Made by a program: the position numbers and the translations under genes
Assembly: GCA_963815115.1 (NCBI GenBank)
Contig: CAWFFN010000007.1
Span: 480,001 to 544,000 of the forward strand
Length of the DNA: 64,000 bases
Reading direction: 5' to 3'
Source of the DNA: an uncultured delta proteobacterium
GTDB lineage: Bacteria; Desulfobacterota; Binatia; DP-6
Shown: one piece after another, positions 55,525 through 64,000 of the stretch
Layout of the letters: every line of letters starts with the position of its first letter
Numbering within the stretch: the first letter of the stretch is position 1
Notes under the pieces: model-generated
The model's input: the letters and a program-made list of their open reading frames with translations, nothing else
What the model was told of the DNA's origin: nothing
Databases searched by the model: none

Positions 55525-57063
55525 ATGGAGCGCCACGTTTCTACAGTCGGGGAGGAAAGCGGCTCGTCGGCCGGTGAACACGGCGGCGCGACCAGCAACG
55601 GCGGGCATGCGCCGGGAGGAGGAGCGGTGAGGACGACACCGACGGAGAACTACTTCCAGACGCCCGAGAAGCTCCTGACCAGGCGCGGCGTTCTGTGGCT
55701 CGGCCAGACCTGCAACATCCGCTGCCACTTCTGCTACTTCCTCGATCGCATCGAGAACAAGGATCACCCCGAGCACGCGTTCATGGACATCGAGAAGGCG
55801 AAGCAGATCTGCCACACGCTTCGCTACAAGTACGGCAACACGTCGATCGACATCCAGGGCGGCGAGCCCACGATCTGGCGTCACATCGAGGAGCTCATCA
55901 CCTACTGCCACGAGATCGGCCTCTATCCGACGCTGATCACGAACGCCATCACGCTCGCACGCCGCGAGAAGTGCGAGCAGCTCAAGGAAGCCGGCGTGCA
56001 CGACCTGCTGATCAGCGTCCAGGGCCTCGGTCCGGTGTACGACGAGATCGTCGGTCTGCCGGGTGGCTCCGTGAAGCAGGCCAAGGGCCTGGACAACTGC
56101 ATCGAGGTCGGCATCCCGTTCCGTTTCAACTGCGTGCTCAGCCTGAAGGCCGTCCCGCAGTACGTCGACATCGCCAAGCTCGCCGTGGAGAAGGGCGCCC
56201 TGGCCGTCAACTTCCTGGCGTTCAACCCGTTCGAGGACCAGGCAACCGGCCACCGGTCGACCTTCAACGTTCCCAGCTACACGCAGGTGGCGGGCGAGCT
56301 GAACAAGGCGCTCGACGTGCTGGCCGAGGGCGGCGTCGAGGCAAACGTGCGCTACTTCCCGATCTGCATGGTGGAGGAGCGGCACCGGAAGAGCATCTAC
56401 AACTTCCCGCAGCTCTCCTACGATCCGCACGAGTGGGACTACGACTCGTGGAGCTGGACGGGCCAGCAGCCGCAGCGCATGAAGTGGGGCGATCCCTCCC
56501 AGCCGCACGAGAACCTGGCGGCGGTCACCTACAACTCCTGGGTCTTCAACAAGCCCGAGAACGGGTCCCAGAACCCCCCGCCGGAGCTCACCGGCCTCAA
56601 GGGCAGCGTGAGCCAGGTGCTCGCGCCGTTCCCGGGCACGCTGCAGACCGTGAAGAAGGTCTACTGGTCGGTCCTCGACGTCGCCCGCAAGGGCAAGCAT
56701 CTCGTTCGCGCCAACGGCGACGGGACGGATCCCGGCCTGCGCGTCCCGGACGAGCTCGAGCGCAATCCCGCGGTGTACCGCGATCACGCCGTCGTGCGCG
56801 CCCAGGATCACTGCCGCTATCAGTACGCCGCGCAGTGCAACGAGTGCGACGTGAAGGCGATCTGCGACGGCTTCCACGGCGACTACGCGACGCTCTTCAC
56901 CAGCGACGAGGCGCGCCCGATCCACCTCGGCAGGAAGATCACCGACCCGACCTACTACATCCGGCACCAGGTGAAGATCTACGAGCCCGAGGAAGCGGCG
57001 CGGCCATTCCGCGAGAAGGAGCCGCTGGCTCGCACCGGCGCGCGGCATCCGAGCGCCGCCTGA
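55525..57063 (+). CDS. Radical SAM protein with C-terminal CxxC-x5-C auxiliary motif
   Basis: CNIRCHFC, GGEPT and QCNECDVKAICDG; alternative start GTG 55627. Confidence 0.92.
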   Translation: MERHVSTVGEESGSSAGEHGGATSNGGHAPGGGAVRTTPTENYFQTPEKLLTRRGVLWLGQTCNIRCHFCYFLDRIENKDHPEHAFMDIEKAKQICHTLRYKYGNTSIDIQGGEPTIWRHIEELITYCHEIGLYPTLITNAITLARREKCEQLKEAGVHDLLISVQGLGPVYDEIVGLPGGSVKQAKGLDNCIEVGIPFRFNCVLSLKAVPQYVDIAKLAVEKGALAVNFLAFNPFEDQATGHRSTFNVPSYTQVAGELNKALDVLAEGGVEANVRYFPICMVEERHRKSIYNFPQLSYDPHEWDYDSWSWTGQQPQRMKWGDPSQPHENLAAVTYNSWVFNKPENGSQNPPPELTGLKGSVSQVLAPFPGTLQTVKKVYWSVLDVARKGKHLVRANGDGTDPGLRVPDELERNPAVYRDHAVVRAQDHCRYQYAAQCNECDVKAICDGFHGDYATLFTSDEARPIHLGRKITDPTYYIRHQVKIYEPEEAARPFREKEPLARTGARHPSAA

Positions 57064-57110
57064 GCGGGATACCGCTTCTCCGATTGGGAGCAGCCATTTC
57101 TCACGCCGCC

Positions 57111-58209
57111 GTGTTGCCCGCCTTCCCCCCAGCGAAGCCTGAAGCTGCGCCTCCGCTGCTCGAAGGGCTGTCCGACCCGCTCGTCTCCGTCGTCATCACC
57201 GCGCACAACTACGGTGCGTTCGTGGGAGCATGCCTGCGCTCGGTTCGGGCTCAGACCTACGACCGATTCGAGTGCCTCGTGATCGATGATTGCTCGACGG
57301 ACGACACACCCACCGTCGTGGGCTCGTTGCTCCAGGAGTGGAACGACCGGCGGTTCCGCTACGTCCGGTTGCCGCAGAACCTGGGTCAATTGGGGGCTCA
57401 GCTCCGGGGTTTCCGCGACAGCCAGCGGGCCGTTCGTCGTGTTTCTCGACGCGGACGATCTCCTGTTTCCGCAGTTCCTCGAGCGCCACCTCTTCGTGCA
57501 TCTCAACATCGAGACCGCGGTGGCCTTCACCAGTTCGAACCAGTGGACGATCTCGGCGGACGGTCAGGTTCTATCACGGTCGCATACCGACTTCGTCAGC
57601 CGACTCTATCTTCAGCAAGGGATCGACCACACGGTGACCAGTCCGGTCGCCGACGCCGAGCCGACAGCCGGCGTCCTGTTTCCCTTCTGGCACGACAAGA
57701 ACGATCCCTGCGTGTGGGTGTGGGGAACCCAGAGCACCATGATGTTCCGGCGTCCCCTGCTGGAGCTCATCCTGCCGTCCTCGGTCCGCCAGACGGAGGC
57801 GTTCCGTGTCTGCGCCGACTTCTATCTGGTACGGTTCGGCCAGCTCATCGGGGGGTCGTTCGTCTTCCGCGAAGCGCTCGGCTGCTATCGCCGGCACGGC
57901 GGGAACAACTTCTCGAAGAACGGGATCATCGCCGCCCGGATGCAGACCGGGGACATGCGCACCCATCCCTCCGCGGGGGCCTACCGGCGACTTGCCCTTC
58001 ACATGCTATCCGAACGCAAGGCCGACATGCTTGCCGTCCTGGGCACTGCGAGATACTTCGAGCTCGAAGCGTTCTTTCAATCACCGACGAGCGATGTCGC
58101 GGCCGCGCGGCCTCTTCACCGCCGCCTCGTCCGCGGCGCGCTCGTTCGTTTGCTGGGCGAGCCCAACTTCGGTCGCCTGCGACTGTCGCTCGGGAGACTC
58201 ATCGGATGA
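57111..58209 (+). CDS. Glycosyltransferase family 2 (paralog B), +1 frameshift near 57423-57426
   Basis: PLVSVVITAHNY...GQLGAQ in one frame and FVVFLDADD onward in the next; colinear with paralog A; start uncertain. Confidence 0.85.
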
Positions 58210-58982
58210 TGCAAGACGGCGGTGCCATCCAAGAAGCCACGATGAATTCTGCCTCCTCCACCGAGCCCGGATCCGCGACGGTCGTCTGCGACCACGTCTG
58301 GAGCCCGCACCTGAACGAGCGCGACTGCGTCTGTGCGTTCGTCAAGTGCTCCCGGTGCACGGTGATCAGGAAGCTCTCGCGGTGTCCGTTCCACGAGGCG
58401 AACACCCAGGAGAAACGCCCCTCCCGCGAGTACTTCGAGTCGATGGGCCTGTTCGTCGACGGCATCCCGCAGAACACCTCCTACGCGATGGAGCTGGCTA
58501 CCGCGCTCGAGGAGATGAAGGCCCCGGTTTTCGCCCCGGGAGGCGCCGTCCTGGAGATCGGGTGCGGCGTCGGGCGTCTCGTACCGTGGTTTCTTCGCGG
58601 CGGCTTGCGCTACACGGGGGTGGAACCCGATCCGTGGGCCGGGCGCTACCTCTACGACGCGTATCAGGTTCCCGTCATTGCCGAACCCTGGGAAACCGTG
58701 CCGATCGAACCACGATCGATCGACATCGTGGCCGCGGTGCACTGCCTCGAGCACGTGACCGGCGCGGACGACGCATTCGCAAAGATGGTCACCGCCGCGA
58801 AGCAGTACGTCCTCCTCGTGTTGCCGGAGGGCTGGGACATCTGGAACCCGGACCACTGGTGGATGTTCACCCAGGACGTGCTGCGTATCTGGGCGCAGAA
58901 CCTGGGGCTCCGTCTCCATGGTCCCGTTCAGAAGCGCGTGGCGGAGCCCGAGGACACGATCTACGCGCTCTTCGAGCGATGA
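58206..58982 (+). CDS. Class I SAM methyltransferase with N-terminal Cys/His cluster
   Basis: VLEIGCGVG, GVEP and HCLEHV; N-terminal CDH..CVC..CSRC..C; ATGA-coupled. Confidence 0.85.
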   Translation: MMQDGGAIQEATMNSASSTEPGSATVVCDHVWSPHLNERDCVCAFVKCSRCTVIRKLSRCPFHEANTQEKRPSREYFESMGLFVDGIPQNTSYAMELATALEEMKAPVFAPGGAVLEIGCGVGRLVPWFLRGGLRYTGVEPDPWAGRYLYDAYQVPVIAEPWETVPIEPRSIDIVAAVHCLEHVTGADDAFAKMVTAAKQYVLLVLPEGWDIWNPDHWWMFTQDVLRIWAQNLGLRLHGPVQKRVAEPEDTIYALFER

Positions 58983-59063
58983 CCTGAACCGACTCGCAGG
59001 GCACCCTGGCCGATGGTGCCGCATGGACGGCCGCTTTCCCGTGCGGTTCAAGGGGGGGTTGTG

Positions 59064-62000
59064 ATGAAGAAGGGTGCACCGCGTGCGTTCAGCCCCCAGG
59101 CCTGGGTCGCTGCCATCGCGGTCGTCGCCCTGGAGTACTACACGGGCGACGGCTACGGCCGATACTTCTATCCCGCACTGATCCTCGCGTTCTTCTCGCC
59201 GATCGCGCTCCAGCTATGGGCGGTTCTGCTCGTCGTTCGTGCCCTCGGTTCCGCGCATTTCGCGATGCCCGTCGAAGCGTTCACCGGCGTCGACTTCACC
59301 TACGTGCGTCTCATCTTCGTCGCGACCATGCTCGCAGCCGGCGGGCTCTTTGCCGCAAATCCCATCGTGCGTTCGAGTGGCCACCTCGTCCGCAGCAGCC
59401 CATACATGTTCGCCGCACTCCTGGCCCTAGCGGCTACGGTGCTCGTCATCGAAGGGCTGTTCTGGCCCGTGGAGCGGCCGTCGCTGATGTACCTGCTCGC
59501 AGCGGTCGCGCTGATCGCGACCTGGCGCCTGCCGTATCCACGACCTGGCATCCACGGCCCCGTCCAGCCATCCGACAGGCCCCTTGCCGCGCTGGACTAT
59601 GCAGCTCTCTTCCTGCTCTCTCTCGCCACGCTTCTGCTGGAGATGCTGCAGACCCGGATCCTCTCCTTCATGGTGTTCCCGAGCCTCGTGTTCGTTGTGG
59701 TCTCCTTCGCGATGCTCGGCTTCGGCGTCAGCGGCGCTGCACTGTCGATTCGACCGCCACTGCTATGGGCCCGTCCCTCCAGTCGGCTGGCTCAGCTGTC
59801 GATCGCGTTCGGTGCGACCGCCGTGCTCGGCACCGCGATCCTCGGCCGGTTCCCGATCTCGGTCTACACCTTCACCGAGCACCCCCGGAACCTGCCGCTC
59901 CTCGTGATCTACTACATCGCGTCGACGATCCCCTACTATTTTGCAGGTCAGGTCTTCGGTGCGCTGTTCAGCCTCTACCCGCGAGAGATCAACAAGATCT
60001 ATGCCGTCAATCTTCTGGGGTCGGGCCTGGGCTGCCTGCTGTTGGTGCTGCTGATCAGTCCGCTCGGGGGCGAAGGCACACTCCTGGTCGCGGTCATTCT
60101 CGGGTTCGCAGCCGCCGCCGCGTTCGCCGCGCGCAGCTCCGAGAGCCTCGTCGCCGTGTCGGGAACCCTCGTTGTCGTTTGCCTTCTCTTGATCGTCGCA
60201 GGAGCCGATCGCGTGATTCGACTCGAGGTCAGATCCCGACAAGGAACTCGGCGACGTCATCTTCAGGCGCGGAGGGAGGATCGAGTACACTGGCTGGAGT
60301 CCCATCAGCCGCACGGACATCTCCACGGCCCCATCGCTGGAGAACTCCGAGCTCGGGCTGCATCTGCTCGACCGCCCGTGGCCCGTGAAATGGATTTCCG
60401 CCGATGGCTCGGCATCCACGTACATGGCGAAGGGCGTCTCCAGGGATCTCATCCAGGAGGTTCGCTCGAACAGTCGCGTGATGAACGGCTTTCGAATGCT
60501 CCCATATCTGAACGTCGCGAATCCCGACACGCTCATCATCGGGCCCGGCGGGGGCATGGACCTGATCGCCGCGCGCATTCGAGGAGCGAAGAGCATCACT
60601 GCTGTCGACATCAATCCCGTGACTGTCTACGCCATGAAGCACGTGTTCCGAGACTTCAACGGCAACTTGTACAACCAGCCGAGCAACAAGGTGTACGTCG
60701 CCGAGGGTCGCAGCTTCGTCGCGCGCTCCAACCACCGATACACGAACATCCACATGAACGGGGTGGACACGTTGAACGCCCTGGCCGCCGGCGCCAACGT
60801 CACCGCGGAGAACTACCTCTACACGACGGAGGCCATGGTCGATTACCTCAATCACCTCCGCGACGACGGCTTCCTGTCGATAGTGCGCCACTCCTTCGAG
60901 GTGCCGCGCGAGTCGATCAAGCTCTGTACCGCGATGATCGATGCCATGATCCGATTGAATCTCGGCGACGCCTCGAGTCACATCATGCTGATCGGCGGTC
61001 CGCCTCCGGAAGACTGGACGACCTTCCTGGTGAAGAAGTCTCCGCTGACGGCGGAGGACGTCGCACACCTTCAACCCGCCATCGACGCGCACAAGCTGCG
61101 GGTCTTCTACAAGCCCGGGATGCAGGAAACCGACGACATCCCGGCGGATTCTCAGCGGGCCAGGTACTTCATCCGCCTCTTCGAAGCGAACAAGCAGGGG
61201 AAGCTCGCCGAATTCATGGAGTCCTACCCCTATGACATCCACCCGGCCACGGACGACCGGCCCTACTTCTTCAAGATCCAGAAGGCGAGAGCTTACCTGC
61301 ACCCGATGGAGACGGTGACGCCGTACGAGAAGAACTTCGGCCTCATCGCGATCATCATCCTTTGCCTTCAGACCTTGCTCGTGTCACTCGTCCTGATCGT
61401 GGCTCCGCTCGCCCACTTCCATCGCGAGGGACTCAGGGTACCGCATCGGACCAGGTATCTCCTGTACTTCGCGGGTCTCGGGCTTGCGTTCATGCTGATC
61501 GAGCTGTCGCTCATGCAGAAGCTGTCACTCATGCTCGGACATCCGACGTACGCGATCGGCACGGTCCTGAGCTCGATCCTGATCTTCTGCGGCATCGGTA
61601 GCCTCGTCAGCGGCACGCTCCGTCTGACCCCGCGATCCTTGATCGCCATCGCGGCGGCCGGGATCACATTGCTGGTGATGCTGGCCATGTGGTTGCTGCC
61701 CGCCATCACGACGGCCACCCTCGGCTGGCCGCTCTGGCAACGCGCTCTGACGGCCGCCGTGCTCCTCGCGCCACTGGCGTTTTGCATGGGCATACCGTTT
61801 CCGACTGGCCTTCGACTCTTGTCCGACGTCAACCTGCGCTTCATCCCGTGGGCCTGGGGAGCGAATGGCGTCGCGTCGGTGATCGGTAGCGTCGTCTGTA
61901 TCCTCCTGTCGATGGCCTACGGGTTCAACGTGGTGCTCGGGGTTGGTATTGGGGCGTATCTGATTGCCGCGCTGTGCATGCTGACCGCCGTGCCGGCAAT

Positions 62001-62073
62001 CGAGCATCAGAACGCGGCCTCGCCTGTCGTCCACCAGCCATCGATGCACGGTGGGGACCGTCGGGCGAGCTGA
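59064..62073 (+). CDS. Large polytopic membrane protein with spermidine-synthase-like SAM-binding domain, +1 frameshift at ~60231
   Basis: LEMLQTRILS, AMLGFG, IYAVNLLGSG, then WSPISR, IGPGGGMD, EGRSFV, ENYLYT, TDDRPYF and WAWGANG; GTC [A] GAT restores the frame. Confidence 0.85.
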
Positions 62074-62080
62074 CGGCACG

Positions 62081-63943
62081 ATGCGAAATGCCCTGGCGAT
62101 GGCGCTCGCGATCGCGGCTGCGACCACGATCGCTCGCGCGGACTCGCTGTCGACCGTGGGCTCACCCAGCCCCGCCAGCACGTTCACGATCGACGAGACC
62201 TTCGTCCCTGGCCTTCCGCTTCTGACCGACTTCCGCTTCCTGCCCGACGGGCGCATCGTCGCGATTGCCAAGAGCGGCGACGTCTGGCTGGCGCCGGCGG
62301 GCGGTGGCACGCCGGCGCTGCTCGACACGCTCCGGGTCGACACCGAGAGCGACAAGGGCCTCCTCGGCCTCGCCGTCGATCCGCGCTTCGCCGCCACGCG
62401 GCGCCTCTTCTTCTACTATGCGGCCGCCGACGACGCCGGCGGCACCGACACGGACCGCAGCCGCGTCGTGGCACGCACGCTCGGCGCCGACGACGTGCTG
62501 CAGAGGAGCGAGGCCGTCCTCGTCAGCGGGCTGCGCGGGCCGCTCAACCACAATGGTGGTGGGCTCGACATCGGCCCCGACGACCTCCTCTACGTGGGGG
62601 TCGGCGATACGGGCTGCAACTCGGGCCTGCCTCCCGAGCCCCCGTCGCCGCCGACGAACTTCTACCCGACCTGCCTGGCCGACCATCCGACGGCACGCGG
62701 GGGTGGCACCGGGAAGATCCTTCGTATCCAGCTCGACGGAGGCATCCCGCCAGCGAACCCCCTCGCCGGTGCGACCAACGTCACGGCGTGCGGCGAGACG
62801 TGCGGCACGCCCATCGCGGCGGACCAGCTCGGAGCACCGCGTGCGGAGATCTTCGCCTGGGGCTTTCGCCAGCCCTTCCGCCTGTGGGTCGACCCGATCA
62901 CCGGGCTCGCATGGGTGGGGGACGTCGGGGAGGTCGCCTACGAGGAGATCGACGTCGTGCGCGCCGGGCGGCACCACGGCTGGCCGTGGCGGGAAGGCCG
63001 GCGCGGACATCCCCCGGCGCAATGCCAGCTCGTCCGCGTCGGGACGACGCCCGACGGCCGGCCGATCCTCGACCAGCCGTGCGTCGATCCGGTGTACGTC
63101 TGCCGCCACGATCCCATCGTCGATCCCACCGTCGACGCCGGCTGCGTCTCGATCACCGGCGGCCAGATCGTCGACAGCTGCAGCTGGCCGGCGAGCTTCC
63201 GCGGGCGCTACGTGTTCGGTGACAACGTGACCGGCGCGCTCTGGACCATCGCCCCCAATGCCGACCGCGACGGCGTCGCGGGTGCGCGGGCCGACTTCGC
63301 CGCCATCGATGCCCCGCCGGTGGCCATCCGCACGGGCCCCGACGGCGCTCTCTACGTCGCGGTCTTCGCGGGCCGCATCGCGCGCATCGCACCCCGGGAG
63401 CCGTCCGCCTGCGACGGCGGCTGCCGGCAGGACACGGACTGCGACGACGGAAATCCGTGCACGGACGACGGCTGCGACGCGCCGACGGCTCGATGCCACG
63501 TCCTCGCGAAACCGGGCTGTGCGAGCCCGCCGCCGCCGCCCGCCGGCGAATGTGCGCCCGGCGATGCGGCGCCATGTGAGGACGGCGATGCCTGCAGCAT
63601 CGACGCGTGTGGACCGGATGCGCACTGCACGCACGTTCCGCTGCTCGGTCCGGCGGGAGTGCGCTGCCGCTGCGACGAAACGCTGCCCGCGTGCGCGCAG
63701 ACGCGGCTGCCACGAGCCGCCACGGCCGACCGCGCCCGTGCTTGCCGGCTGGTGGAGCGCATCGACAGCGGCCGCCCGCGCCGCCAGCGCACGCTCGCGC
63801 ACCGGGCTGCGCGGCGCTTCCGCCAGGCGGCCAGGTCGGTGCGTGCGGCGACCGGTAAGCGCCTCGATGCGGCCTGCGGGACGGCGCTCGAGGCACGGCT
63901 TCGCGACGCCGCCACGCGGGCCGTTGCGCTGGTTCCGCGGTAG
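62081..63943 (+). CDS. Secreted PQQ-dependent sugar-dehydrogenase-like beta-propeller with Cys-rich C-terminus
   Basis: Signal peptide; GLLGLAVDP, NHNGG, LYVGVGD, GKILRI, WGFRQPFR, DVGE..YEE and GWP; CDDGNPCTDDGC repeats. Confidence 0.88.
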   Translation: MRNALAMALAIAAATTIARADSLSTVGSPSPASTFTIDETFVPGLPLLTDFRFLPDGRIVAIAKSGDVWLAPAGGGTPALLDTLRVDTESDKGLLGLAVDPRFAATRRLFFYYAAADDAGGTDTDRSRVVARTLGADDVLQRSEAVLVSGLRGPLNHNGGGLDIGPDDLLYVGVGDTGCNSGLPPEPPSPPTNFYPTCLADHPTARGGGTGKILRIQLDGGIPPANPLAGATNVTACGETCGTPIAADQLGAPRAEIFAWGFRQPFRLWVDPITGLAWVGDVGEVAYEEIDVVRAGRHHGWPWREGRRGHPPAQCQLVRVGTTPDGRPILDQPCVDPVYVCRHDPIVDPTVDAGCVSITGGQIVDSCSWPASFRGRYVFGDNVTGALWTIAPNADRDGVAGARADFAAIDAPPVAIRTGPDGALYVAVFAGRIARIAPREPSACDGGCRQDTDCDDGNPCTDDGCDAPTARCHVLAKPGCASPPPPPAGECAPGDAAPCEDGDACSIDACGPDAHCTHVPLLGPAGVRCRCDETLPACAQTRLPRAATADRARACRLVERIDSGRPRRQRTLAHRAARRFRQAARSVRAATGKRLDAACGTALEARLRDAATRAVALVPR

Positions 63944-64000
63944 CGGCGGGTGTCCGCTCGTCCCTGACCAGCGCTTGGTTCAGACCTCGCCCTGAACACC

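Noticed and set aside
55695-58982. 1095-aa ORF appearing to fuse a GT2 N-terminus with a methyltransferase
   Set aside because: Same artefact: shadow frame of the radical SAM gene, the GT2-B frameshift and an ATGA overlap.

Overview
Very GC-rich bacterial chromosomal segment. Gene content (Myxococcus-type Cys-rich secreted proteins, sigma-54 systems, fused UvrA, ino1) suggests a deltaproteobacteria-like lineage such as Ca. Binatia; this is inference only. About 57 CDSs are supported; I found no rRNA, tRNA, CRISPR array, transposase or integrase. Layout: (1) 0.5-16 kb accessory genes: PAP2, F420-dependent Ddn-like, MFS, a sigma-54 two-component system divergent from two DUF2834-like genes, hydrolases, SDR, malQ and a Cys-rich secreted protein. 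(2) 16-28 kb: tandem-fused UvrA, an alpha-glucan cluster (degenerate GlgC-like, GH57 branching enzyme, DUF4912, PTS EIIA) and a DapF with both catalytic Cys replaced by Ser. (3) A REP/REPIN-like nested palindrome at ~29.0 kb, a family III CoA-transferase pair, moaA, polyprenyl synthase, Mrp and ferredoxin. (4) Inositol-lipid genes with coaBC, Zn-PLC, then udg-nfeD-slipin-queA-tgt-yajC-secD-secF, an HTH protein, a PmtA-like methyltransferase and aspS. (5) A compositionally distinct 53-62 kb locus with three GT2s, a radical SAM enzyme, a methyltransferase and a large spermidine-synthase-like membrane protein; this is the best candidate for an uncharacterised system. Three genes (secD, a GT2, the membrane protein) each carry a single-base insertion, most likely assembly errors. 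Several sigma70-type promoters sit 6-13 nt from start codons, implying leaderless or near-leaderless mRNAs. All family assignments are from motif recognition by eye; no database search was run.
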